Source of the DNA: an uncultured Gemmatimonadales bacterium
GTDB taxonomy: Bacteria > Gemmatimonadota > Gemmatimonadetes > Longimicrobiales > RSA9
Direction: 5' to 3'
NCBI GenBank assembly: GCA_963798085.1
Contig: CAWCRS010000002.1
Span: 128,001 to 192,000 of the forward strand
Length of the DNA stretch: 64,000 nucleotides
The translations under genes were made by a program, and so were the position numbers. The notes under the pieces are model-generated. The model was not told the DNA's origin and ran no database searches. It saw only the letters and a program-made list of their open reading frames with translations. Below, one piece after another: positions 54,904-64,000 of the stretch. Position 1 is the first letter of the stretch. Every line of letters starts with the position of its first letter.

Positions 54904-56012
54904 GCGTGGCCAGAGCGCACGCACGCCGGATGTTCACTGTGCTGAAGCCGGACCAGAAATGGCTGCTCGTGCTGCTGGTGTTCGTGCCCGGCGCGCTGTT
55001 GCTGCAGCTGCTTCACGCCAGCGGTCTGCTCATCTTCATTGCCTCCGCGATCGCGATCATTCCGCTGGCCGGCATCATGGGCCAGGCGACGGACAGGCTG
55101 GCGCAGCGTCTGGGCGAGGGCATCGGCGGGCTGCTCACTGCGACGTTCGGCAACGCCGCCGAGCTGATCATCGCCGTCTTCGCGCTGCGCGCCGGGTTGT
55201 ACAGCCTCGTGAAAGCCTCCATCACGGGATCCATCATCGGCAACATCCTGCTCGTGTTCGGCGCCAGCGCGTTCTACGGCGGATTGCGCTACCGGAAGCA
55301 GAGCTTCAATCCCGTGGCTGCATCACAGGGCACGACGATGCTGCTGCTGAGCACCATCGGCCTCGTGGTGCCCGCGATCTTCCATGTCATCGCGCGTGGC
55401 GAGCCCGGCACACCGGAGTCCACGTTGAGCACGGAGATCGCCATCGTCCTGCTGCTCACGTACATCGCCAGTCTGGTCTTCACGCTGAAGACGCATCGCT
55501 ATCTCTATCGCGGTCACGAGATCTCGCCCGAGCAGCGACCGTCGCTGCAGACGGCGTGGCGTGCGGGCCTCGTGCTGGCCGTAGCTACCATCGCCGTGGC
55601 CTTCATGAGCGAGCTGCTGGTGGAGACGGTGCGGGATGCAGCGGGATCGTTCCACATGAACGAGATCTTCGTGGGCGTGATCCTGGTCGCCATCATCGGC
55701 AATGCGGCCGAGCACTTCACCGCCCTGATCATGGCGGGCCGGAACCGCATGGACATCGCCATCAACATCGCGGTGGGCTCGTCCATCCAGATTGCGCTGT
55801 TCGTGGCGCCGCTGCTGGTGCTGCTCAGCTACTTCATCGCGCCCCAGCCGATGGATCTGATCTTCTCGACGTTCGAGGTGCTGTCCGTCGCCATTGCGGT
55901 GGGCATCATGGCTTTCACCGTGCAGGACGGTGAAAGCCACTGGATGGAAGGGGTGCAGCTGCTTGCGGTCTACCTGATCCTGGGACTCGCGTTCTTCTTC
56001 CTGCCCGTGTGA
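54900..56012 (+). CDS. cax: Ca2+/H+ antiporter (CaCA family)
   Basis: Two alpha repeats ATFGNAAE and IIGNAAEH; GSSIQIALF; alternative start at 54930. Confidence 0.92.
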   Translation: MSVARAHARRMFTVLKPDQKWLLVLLVFVPGALLLQLLHASGLLIFIASAIAIIPLAGIMGQATDRLAQRLGEGIGGLLTATFGNAAELIIAVFALRAGLYSLVKASITGSIIGNILLVFGASAFYGGLRYRKQSFNPVAASQGTTMLLLSTIGLVVPAIFHVIARGEPGTPESTLSTEIAIVLLLTYIASLVFTLKTHRYLYRGHEISPEQRPSLQTAWRAGLVLAVATIAVAFMSELLVETVRDAAGSFHMNEIFVGVILVAIIGNAAEHFTALIMAGRNRMDIAINIAVGSSIQIALFVAPLLVLLSYFIAPQPMDLIFSTFEVLSVAIAVGIMAFTVQDGESHWMEGVQLLAVYLILGLAFFFLPV

Positions 56013-56034
56013 CCCGAACAGCCTGTTAGAGCCC

Positions 56035-56922
56035 TCAGATCCCGAGATCCACGGGCGAGGGCTTCTCACCGGTGTAGTCGTAGAAGCCGCGCTTCGTCTT
56101 GCGACCGAAATAGCCCATCGTGACCATGCGCCGCAGCAGCGGCGGCGGTGCGAAGCGGGCTTCGCGGAATTCTTCGAACATGATCTCGGAAATGGCGTGC
56201 AGCGTCTCGATGCCGACGAAGTCCGCCAGTGTGAACGGACCCATGGGATACCCGGTGCCCAGTGTCATGCTCTTGTCGATGTCCTCGATGCTGGCGAGTC
56301 CCTGCTCCAGGCAGCGGATGGCGTCCAGCATGTAGGGCACGAGCAGGCGGTTGACAATGAAGCCCGACGTGTCCTTGGCCTCGACCGGCTCCTTGCCCAG
56401 CGAGCGCGCGAATTCGCAGGCGCGGCGGAATGTCTCCGTGCTGGTGGCGATGGATCGCACCACTTCCACCAGCTTCATGACGGGAACCGGATTGAAGAAG
56501 TGCAGGCCGACGAAGCGATCGGGCCGGCGCGTCACGGCCGCCATGTTCGCAATCGTCAGTGAGCTGGTGTTGCTGGCGAAGATGGTGTCCGCACCGCACA
56601 CGCCATCCAGCGTGCGGAACATGTCGCTCTTCACGGCGAGGTCTTCGGTGACCGCTTCGATGACGATGTCGGCGCCCGCCAGATCCTCGAGCGCGGTCGT
56701 GGTCTGGATGCGGGCCAGGGCCGCGTCGCGTGCGCTGGCTTCGAGCTTGCCCTTCTCGACGGCGCGGTCCAGGCTCTTCTGTATGTTGTCGCGCCCTCTG
56801 CGGGCGAGCGCGTCATTCACTTCACGCACCTGCGTCTCGTAACCGGACTTCGCGGCAATTTCCGCAATGCCACTGCCCATCAGCCCGCACCCGAGCACGG
56901 CGACCCGTCGGATCTCCGGCAT
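56035..56922 (-). CDS. 3-hydroxybutyryl-CoA / 3-hydroxyacyl-CoA dehydrogenase
   Basis: GCGLMGSGIA, IEAVTE, ASNTSS, GLHFFNP, GFIVNRLL, PMGP. Confidence 0.93.
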   Translation of the reverse strand: MPEIRRVAVLGCGLMGSGIAEIAAKSGYETQVREVNDALARRGRDNIQKSLDRAVEKGKLEASARDAALARIQTTTALEDLAGADIVIEAVTEDLAVKSDMFRTLDGVCGADTIFASNTSSLTIANMAAVTRRPDRFVGLHFFNPVPVMKLVEVVRSIATSTETFRRACEFARSLGKEPVEAKDTSGFIVNRLLVPYMLDAIRCLEQGLASIEDIDKSMTLGTGYPMGPFTLADFVGIETLHAISEIMFEEFREARFAPPPLLRRMVTMGYFGRKTKRGFYDYTGEKPSPVDLGI

Positions 56923-56960
56923 GATCATCTCCCTGTTCGATTTGCGCTGTTGTGATCGGT

Positions 56961-57812
56961 TCACCCGTGACCGAGCAGTTTCTGCTGCAGTCGCTTGCGC
57001 CATGGTGCGGGAGGCGGTTCCAGCGACTGGCCGTGCTCGGCGCGGTCGAGGAGACCCTCCAGCTCGAAGCGGGCACCCGCGATGCGCGAGCGATAGGCGG
57101 CGCGCGCAGCCGTGAGCGCGCCGCTCAGCGTGCCCGCGAAGCCGGCCGCGAACGCCGTGATCTGCGCCGCGATCTCCGCCACCGATGGCAGACTCAGCAT
57201 GGTGACGGCCGCGACCGCGCCGCCACCGATCACGAGGCCACCGAGTGTGCCGAAGATCCAGCCCGTGCGCAGCGCGCCTCGCCGCTGCTCGCTCAGGTCG
57301 AGCGCGATCTGCACGTGGGCGCTCTTCTCGCCCATGCTGCGCACGCTCACGACCACGCGCCGCGCGCGCGACATGTGATAGCGCCGGCTCGGGCGCAGCA
57401 GTCCGCGCGCCAGATTCGAGATCGCGTCTTCCGCGGGCATGAGGAACGCGCGATCGCTGCGCCGCCGCACGACCTGCAGATACTCGCGTGTGGTGAGATA
57501 GTCCTCGATGCGTCGCAGCAGATCGTCGGAGCGTGCGGGCACGATGCGTGTCGCGGTGAGCACGGGCGGCCCGAAGTACGTGCTGCGATCGCCTGACTCC
57601 GTGCCCAGCTGCGGCAGCTCGAACAAGGCCTGCTGCACGTACTTCGCGGGCAGTCCCAGTTCGGTGGCAATGCGCACGACTTCGTCTTCGGAGAGCGTCT
57701 CGTCTTCCGCCGCTTCGTCAGCGGACAATTCCGCTGCGCGCCGGATCACCGCCTCGAAGTCACGCCGCGTGATCGCCGGCTTGGCAGTGTCGCCTGGGTC
57801 GTTGCTGCTCAC
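56961..57812 (-). CDS. Hypothetical membrane protein
   Basis: N-terminal VIRRAAEL...EVVRIATELGL; two C-terminal TM helices. Confidence 0.7.
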   Translation of the reverse strand: MSSNDPGDTAKPAITRRDFEAVIRRAAELSADEAAEDETLSEDEVVRIATELGLPAKYVQQALFELPQLGTESGDRSTYFGPPVLTATRIVPARSDDLLRRIEDYLTTREYLQVVRRRSDRAFLMPAEDAISNLARGLLRPSRRYHMSRARRVVVSVRSMGEKSAHVQIALDLSEQRRGALRTGWIFGTLGGLVIGGGAVAAVTMLSLPSVAEIAAQITAFAAGFAGTLSGALTAARAAYRSRIAGARFELEGLLDRAEHGQSLEPPPAPWRKRLQQKLLGHG

Positions 57813-57837
57813 GGTGGCCCGTTTCGCTCAGCAGCGC

Positions 57838-58725
57838 TCAGGAGCGGCCCTTGTCTTCACTCTTCGCCTTCACCGGCACCGGCTCCGCCTTCTCCGTACC
57901 GGGCGCAAGCGTGGGCACAGTCGTGGATGCGGGCAGCACGTGCGGCAGCGGCGCCGGCACCTCCGCACTGCCACCCCCCGTCATCTTCTCGAGGAAGGGG
58001 CGGAACAGATCGATGGGAATCGGGAACAGCGTCGTCGAATTGTTCTCCGTCGCGATTTCCGCCACGGTCTGCAGGTAACGCAGCTGAATGGCTGCGGGCT
58101 CGCGCTGGATGACGCGCGCCGCCTGCGCCAGCATTTCCGACGCCTGCACCTCACCCTGCGCGTTGATCACGCGGGCGCGGCGCTCACGCTCGGCTTCCGC
58201 CTGCCGGGCGATCGCCCGCTGCATATCCTGCGGCAGATCGATGTCCTTGATCTCGACCGCCGTCACATCAATGCCCCAGGGATCCGTAGCTTCGTCGATG
58301 ATGCGCCGAATGATGTCGTTGAAGTGTTCGCGCTCCGCCAGCAGCTGGTCCAGCTCGGCCTGGCCCACCACGCTGCGCAGCGTGGTCTGCGCGAGCTGGC
58401 TGGTCGCGTAGAGGTAATCCTGGATCACCACCACTGCCTTCACCGGATCACTGACACGGAAGTAGATGACGGCGTTGACTTTCACGGAGACGTTGTCGCG
58501 TGTGATGACGTCCTGGGGCGGCACATCCATGGCGACGATGCGCAGCGGAATGCGCACCATGCGGTCCAGGCCGAAGGGCAGAATGGGCACTAGGCCGGGC
58601 CCCCGGGCCGCCTGCAGGCGGCCCAGCCGGAACACCACGCCGCGCTCGTATTCGCGCAATACGCGCAGGCTGCTGACGATCGTGGTCAGTGCGACTACGC
58701 CAATCGGTGCCAGCCATTCGATCAT
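57838..58725 (-). CDS. SPFH/stomatin-like (slipin) protein
   Basis: [45 protein letters not shown]. Confidence 0.93.
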   Translation of the reverse strand: MIEWLAPIGVVALTTIVSSLRVLREYERGVVFRLGRLQAARGPGLVPILPFGLDRMVRIPLRIVAMDVPPQDVITRDNVSVKVNAVIYFRVSDPVKAVVVIQDYLYATSQLAQTTLRSVVGQAELDQLLAEREHFNDIIRRIIDEATDPWGIDVTAVEIKDIDLPQDMQRAIARQAEAERERRARVINAQGEVQASEMLAQAARVIQREPAAIQLRYLQTVAEIATENNSTTLFPIPIDLFRPFLEKMTGGGSAEVPAPLPHVLPASTTVPTLAPGTEKAEPVPVKAKSEDKGRS

Positions 58726-59931
58726 GACATTGCCTCCACGATGACCGCCATCCCCTGCCCGCCCCCAATGCATGCACTGCCCAGGCCGTAGCGACCGCCA
58801 CGACGCCGCAGCTCGTGCAGCAGATGGATCGTGATGCGTGCGCCCGATGCGGCCAGCGGATGCGTCATCGCGATGGCGCCACCATCGACGTTCGTCTTCT
58901 CCGCATCGAGACCCAGATCGTGCGCCACCGCCGCGTACTGCGGCGCAAACGCTTCGTTGACTTCGACGAGATCCATCTGCTCCAGCGTCAGCCCCGCGCG
59001 AGCGAGCGCCTTGCGACTGGCGGGCGCCGGCCCGATGCCCATGATGTCCGGCGGCACGCCGACCACGCCCCAGCTCACGAGTCTGCCCAACGGCTTCATA
59101 CCGTGCTGCACGGCCCAGGCTTCACTCGCGATCACCGCGGCGGCGGCGCCGTCACCAATGCCGCTGGCATTGCCCGCCGTCACCAGGCCGTCCTTCTTGA
59201 AATAGGGCCGGAGCGCGGCCAGCCCTTCCATGGTGGTGTCCGGCCGCATGTGCTCATCGGTGTTGAATGCGACTTCGCCCTTCCGTGTCTTCACCATGAT
59301 GGGAGCCACTTCGACGGCGAAGCGGCCTTCGTCCCAGGCCTGCCTCGCTCGCTGCTGCGAGCGGAACGCGACGCAGTCCGCCTGTTCCCGCGTTATGCCG
59401 CGCTGCTCGGCGAGCCGCTCCGCCGTCTGCGCCATGGACAGGCCGCAGAGGGGATCGGTCAGGGCGGCCCAGAGCAGGTCCTCGAACATGCCGCCGGCTT
59501 CACCGAGTCGCAGGTCGCCCCAGCGAGCGCCCCGCACCATGTGCGGCGCCTGACTCATCGATTCGGCGCCGCCGCACAACACCACATCCGCTTCACCCAG
59601 CATGATCTGCTCGGCGCCGCTCACAATCGCCTGGAAACCCGAACCGCAGAGCCGGTTCAGTGTCAGCGCAGGTGTCTCCACCGGCACGCCTGCGCGCAGT
59701 CCCACGTGCCGTGCGAGATAGATCGCGTCCGCCGATGTCTGCAGCGCGTTGCCGAAGATCACGTGCTGCACCGCGTCCGCACTCACGCCGGCAGCATTCG
59801 ATCGCGGCCTTCGCGGCGTGCACACCCAGGTCTGTGGCGCTGAAGCCGCGCAGTGTGCCACCGAACGTGCCGAATGGAGTACGGCGGCCGGAGAGAAAGA
59901 CGACGTCCCGGGAATTGCCTGGCGAGGTCAT
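58722..59931 (-). CDS. Acetyl-CoA C-acyltransferase (thiolase); frameshift near 59797
   Basis: [39 protein letters not shown]. Confidence 0.93.
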
Positions 59932-60039
59932 GTTGTCTTCGAGTGAGCGGGGCGCTGGCCCCGGTTGCGATCGGTACGGATTCACGCCGCTCCCCTCGCG
60001 GGAGCCTGAGCTATACCCCCTGCGCGCGCCCCCGCTCCT

Positions 60040-61100
60040 TCAGTCCCCGGCCGGCCGCGTGACTTGTTCGCATATCCAGTCGCCCAGTTGTTCGGTGCCC
60101 ATGGTCCCGCCCAGGTCCGGCGTGGTCGGCCATCACGAATGGCTGCGCGCACCGCCGCTTCCGTGCGCGCGGCTTCGCCCGGGAAACCCAGGCTCTCGAG
60201 CATCAGCGCGGTTGTCAGCATCGCGGCCAGCGGATTGGCGCAGTCCTTTCCCGCTATGTCTGGCGCGGAACCGTGCACGGGCTCGAACATGCCGGGTCTG
60301 CCCGGGTGCAGGTTGGCGGACGGCGCGAGGCCCAGACCACCCACCAGCGCAGCAGCCAGATCACTCAGCAGATCACCGAAGAGATTGGGTGCGACGATGA
60401 CGTCGTAGCGCGCCGGTCGCATCACGAGATCGAGCGCCAGTGCATCGGCGTAGACGGCGTTGTGTGCCAGTCGCGGAAACTCACGCGCCACTTCCGCGAA
60501 CACGCGGCGCCACAAACCGCCCGCGTGCGGCATTGCGTTCGCCTTGTCCGTCAGCGTGACACCACGCCGGTCGTGATCACGTGCATACGTGAACGCCGCA
60601 CGGATGATGCGCTCGACGCCGCGGCGTGTGTTGATGTCTTCTTCGATGGCGACTTCATCGGGCGTGCCCTTGCGCAGGAATCCACCCATGCCGACGTACA
60701 CGCCTTCCGTGTTCTCGCGGAAGATCACGAGATCGACATCACTCTCCGTCACATCACGCAGCGGCGAAAGGCGGCGGTCGTACAGTCGCGCGGGCCGGAA
60801 ATTGATGTAGAGATCGAGCCGGAAACGCAGACCCAGCAGGATGGCGCGCGCGTGTGCGTTGTCCGGTACGCGGGGATCGCCGATCGCGCCCAGGAAGATG
60901 GCATCGAACTCGCGCTCGAGTCGCGCCATTTCCTCTTCGGTGATGGCGGAACCCGTGCTCAGATAACGGTCTGCGCCAAAATCGAATTCCGTCGTGTCAA
61001 TGGGCAGGCCACCCTCGGCGAGCTGCGCGAGCAGCTTCATCGCCTGGCGCGTCACCTCGACGCCAATCCCATCGCCAGGAATGAGGGCAATGCGTTTCAT
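60040..61100 (-). CDS. Isocitrate/isopropylmalate dehydrogenase family (LeuB-like); frameshift near 60127
   Basis: IPGDGIG, RENTEG, NLFGDLLSD, FEPVHGSAPDIAG; corrected tail TPDLGG...*. Confidence 0.9.
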
Positions 61101-61119
61101 GCGCCGAACATAGGCAGGC

Positions 61120-61578
61120 TCAGCGGGTCCGGCCAGCGAGCACGACCATGATCGCCGCGCGCCCACCGTGCGTGAGACAGCGCACCGCGTAGAAACCGGC
61201 GGGAGCGTCAGCGAGGCTGACAATCCATTTCGAGCTGGTGTTCAGCAGCGGCAGGCTGCGTACCTGCGCTGTTCCCTGCAGAAAGGCCCGCGCCGCGGAG
61301 TCCGTTGCCTGCTCATCGAAAACCAGTGCGTGCGGTCCGTTGTCACGTGCGGAGAAGCGCAGCACGTCGCCGGCGTGCGCGGTCAGGCTGTCAGGCGAGA
61401 ACTCGACACTGTCTGCGGCAATGCGCACGCCGATGTCGACCACGCGCGCACCCGCGGCCAGAACGATCGAGTCCTGACCGAGGCGAAGTACTGTGGGCGC
61501 GCTGCCCGCAGGCGCTCGATCCGATGCCCCGCCGCAGCCGCCGAGGATTGCCCAAACGACGAGCCGGCGCACCCGCAA
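61120..61578 (-). CDS. Cupredoxin-like lipoprotein
   Basis: Lipobox LGGC; FSPDSL...GDVLRF...GPHALVF...GFYAVRCLTH. Confidence 0.7.
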   Translation of the reverse strand: MRVRRLVVWAILGGCGGASDRAPAGSAPTVLRLGQDSIVLAAGARVVDIGVRIAADSVEFSPDSLTAHAGDVLRFSARDNGPHALVFDEQATDSAARAFLQGTAQVRSLPLLNTSSKWIVSLADAPAGFYAVRCLTHGGRAAIMVVLAGRTR

Positions 61579-61613
61579 CGCGAGGGCGCCGGCCGCCTTT
61601 GGTCTTGCTGTTA

Positions 61614-62078
61614 TCAGTGATGGCCGAGCGATAGAACGTATGCGGCCACAGCCTTGACCTGATCATCCGTGATGGTCGAGCCGCCCTTCGCTGGCATCGG
61701 ACTCGGATGCTGCTTCGGCTGCGGAACGCCCGTCGTCACCAGCTTCACGATCTCGTCGTAATTGCGGCCCGTTGTGTTGAGCCACGTGTCGTCCGTGAGA
61801 TCGGGAGCCAGCGGCGTGCCCTTCGCGTCGGCGCCGTGACATGTCTGACACTGGCCGGCGCCGTGGAAGATGCTGTCGCCCTGCGCGACCATTTCCATGG
61901 TCACGCCTGCCGGCAGCTGCATGTTCGCCATGTTGCCCATGGCCATGCCCGAATCGGGTTTCGCGGCCGCTGTGGCTGCGGGTGCCTGTTGTGTGGTCTG
62001 CCCCTGGTCACCGCCGCCGCACGCTGCAAACATCGTCAGCGCAATGCCACCGACGACCGTGTTCACCAAACGTCGCAT
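61614..62078 (-). CDS. Monoheme cytochrome c lipoprotein
   Basis: Lipobox FAAC; CQTCH; APDLTD; PMP axial Met; VAAYV. Confidence 0.9.
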   Translation of the reverse strand: MRRLVNTVVGGIALTMFAACGGGDQGQTTQQAPAATAAAKPDSGMAMGNMANMQLPAGVTMEMVAQGDSIFHGAGQCQTCHGADAKGTPLAPDLTDDTWLNTTGRNYDEIVKLVTTGVPQPKQHPSPMPAKGGSTITDDQVKAVAAYVLSLGHH

Positions 62079-62259
62079 TCCCCTCTCCTCCTGTCGCTGA
62101 AATAACCACCGCGCTGGCGCTGCGCCTTGTCAGGCACGGTGGCATCGGGCGCGCTGCCGTCGACCGAAGCAGAACGCGCCGAGCGGCCGCCCGACCGCGC
62201 GCAGATGATACAGGCGACCGCCGAAAAGCTCAAGCGGGGTGGACGCGAATGGCAGCGGG

Positions 62260-63228
62260 TCAGGTCTGCTGCGACCCGCAGGCGATGCAGAATTTCCAGC
62301 CAGCCTCGAGCGGCTCGCCACACGAGACGCACGGGTGCATGGACTGATCCGCACCGCACTGGGGGCAGAAGCGGACCCGCCGTCCGGCGGGCAGCGTGGT
62401 GCGGCAGAAGGCGCAGTTGCCCGACGCCTCGGCGTGCGTGAGTGTGGCCTGGGTCGATTTCGACTCGAACATGAGGGCCGGCTCCGGCTGATTCGTGGGT
62501 TCGCCCGCAGGCTGCGGCGTTTGCCCGGAAGTATCGGGCGAGGTGCCTGTCTCCTCCACCGCTTCCTCGAGAAGCAGCTCCGTTTCGCCGACTTCCCACT
62601 CCACATCACCGCTCGCTGGCTCGAGGACCACCACGGTCTCGCTCTCCCACATCGCCTCCGGCAGCGACTCCGGTTCCTCCGGCAGGACACTGTCGTCCAG
62701 GACGACGATGGGCTCGGGCTCCGGTGGAAGATGGGGCGGCGGCGCCTCGACGATGGGCGGGGGCGCCATTTCCGGCTGCGTCATCGCCGGCGGCGGTGGC
62801 GGCGGCACTGCGACTACGGTCACCGGCACCGGCAGATGGGATGGCTCGATCCACACATCGCACGCGGCGAACTTGCGGAATAATCCGACATTTGGATTCG
62901 GCGTCCGCAGTTCGGCCGACAGCTCCTGCCTCGCCTCATCGGGCTCCAGCCGGGTCAGACCCGATTCACCGGCCAGCAGGCGAAGCAATGTGTGCTCGTA
63001 ATCGGCGTTCATCTGGAAGCCGAGCGCCGCGCGCACGCCCCGGTATGGCACCAGATCCTGATAGATCTCCGCCACCGTAACCGGCGACTCGAACGGATCC
63101 GGCCGGGTCCGGCGCAGCGCATCCGAAAGCAGCGCGTGCAGCCGCTCCACCAGACCGTCGTCGATCCCGTAATCGTCGTCCACGTCCGTCACCCGCAATC
63201 GAAGTTCGTCACGCGATGCAGCGCGCAT
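62260..63228 (-). CDS. Protein with N-terminal globular domain, Pro/Glu-rich linker and C-terminal double zinc ribbon
   Basis: CAFC, FCPQCG, CVSCG, FCIACG. Confidence 0.8.
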   Translation of the reverse strand: MRAASRDELRLRVTDVDDDYGIDDGLVERLHALLSDALRRTRPDPFESPVTVAEIYQDLVPYRGVRAALGFQMNADYEHTLLRLLAGESGLTRLEPDEARQELSAELRTPNPNVGLFRKFAACDVWIEPSHLPVPVTVVAVPPPPPPAMTQPEMAPPPIVEAPPPHLPPEPEPIVVLDDSVLPEEPESLPEAMWESETVVVLEPASGDVEWEVGETELLLEEAVEETGTSPDTSGQTPQPAGEPTNQPEPALMFESKSTQATLTHAEASGNCAFCRTTLPAGRRVRFCPQCGADQSMHPCVSCGEPLEAGWKFCIACGSQQT

Positions 63229-63271
63229 GGCGTTACCGCGTGGACCGGTTTGGTGCTTTCAGCATCGGCAG

Positions 63272-64000
63272 TCAGTCGGTAATACGCCAGAGGCCGGCGC
63301 GTTCGCCCGCCCGGATGAATGCCGCCGCATCGTGCGCCGGCAACTCGATGGCCCGGCGCGCGCGTTCTTCGGCCGCGCGGCGGCGCATGAACTGCGTGAT
63401 GTTCTCGTCAGGCGCGCCCACCAGGTCGCGCAGCTGTCGCACGATCTCCGACCAGCTGCCGCGCAGCACCTGACCGCCCGGCATCTGCACGCGATGGTGC
63501 TCGCCCATCGCCGGCTCGAGCAGCGGCTGCTCTTCCAGTTCCGCCAGCATGGCCTCGAGTTCATCAGTATCGCCGTCCAGCTCGGCCAGACGCTGCTCCC
63601 AGAGCGCCAGTGCGGGCGCACCGTGCTCCAGCCCCTGCAACACCCGTTTCAACTCGACGGTGCGCCCGACCGCGAGAGAATCCCAGTGCTCGGCCGGCGG
63701 GATGCGCTCGAATTCGCGCAACGCGCCCGCCCAGTCCCCGCGATCGTACAGCAGGTGCCCCAGATACACCCTCGCCTCGTGGTGCTTCGTGTCCAGCAGC
63801 AAGGCCCGCCGCAGCTGGCGGCGTGCGCCGCTCTCATCGCCCAGGCGATGCAGCGCGTAGCCGAGCGCCGCCGCGGCTTCAGCGCTATCGCCGTGAATCG
63901 TGGCCGCCTCATCGAACACGCGATGCGCTTCTTCGAACAGTTTCTCCCGGTACAGCGCGCGTCCCATGGACAGCAGCAGGTCGAGATCGTCACCGCCCAG
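63272..64000 (-). CDS. Tetratricopeptide repeat protein (5' end outside window)
   Basis: TPR units (LGYALHRLG, ARVYLGHLLY); frame open to window edge. Confidence 0.8.
   Translation of the reverse strand: MGGDDLDLLLSMGRALYREKLFEEAHRVFDEAATIHGDSAEAAAALGYALHRLGDESGARRQLRRALLLDTKHHEARVYLGHLLYDRGDWAGALREFERIPPAEHWDSLAVGRTVELKRVLQGLEHGAPALALWEQRLAELDGDTDELEAMLAELEEQPLLEPAMGEHHRVQMPGGQVLRGSWSEIVRQLRDLVGAPDENITQFMRRRAAEERARRAIELPAHDAAAFIRAGERAGLWRITD

Overview
High-GC bacterial chromosome segment that is gene-dense and mostly housekeeping. The gene mix suggests Gemmatimonadota (inference only). Recognisable genes: lon-like protease, cutA, folE with two PTPS paralogs, fumC, tupABC-like tungstate transporter, trxB, ferredoxin-NADP reductase, mlaEFD-like ABC/MCE system, mqnA, rho, recF-dciA-gyrB, ssb, D-amino-acid aminotransferase, Ca2+/H+ antiporter, thiolase, hbd and crotonase, and a leuB-like dehydrogenase. 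I saw no tRNA, rRNA, CRISPR array, prophage or transposase. About 17 genes, including the essential gyrB, carry single-base frameshifts that are best explained as consensus errors. These errors and several motif-breaking substitutions cluster at GATG/CATC, which may be the footprint of a DNA modification. Other highlights: (1) a 6S-like RNA with a near-consensus sigma70 promoter and terminator upstream of a two-PTPS pterin operon; (2) a dispersed inverted-repeat family at 8.9-9.2 kb and 42.5-42.8 kb; (3) an uncharacterised divergent module at 52.9-54.9 kb, with an RHH-like small protein, a palindrome, a switch-like 5' leader and a fusion protein whose two domains also occur in separate genes in the window. 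All calls are by-eye motif recognition; no database searches were run.
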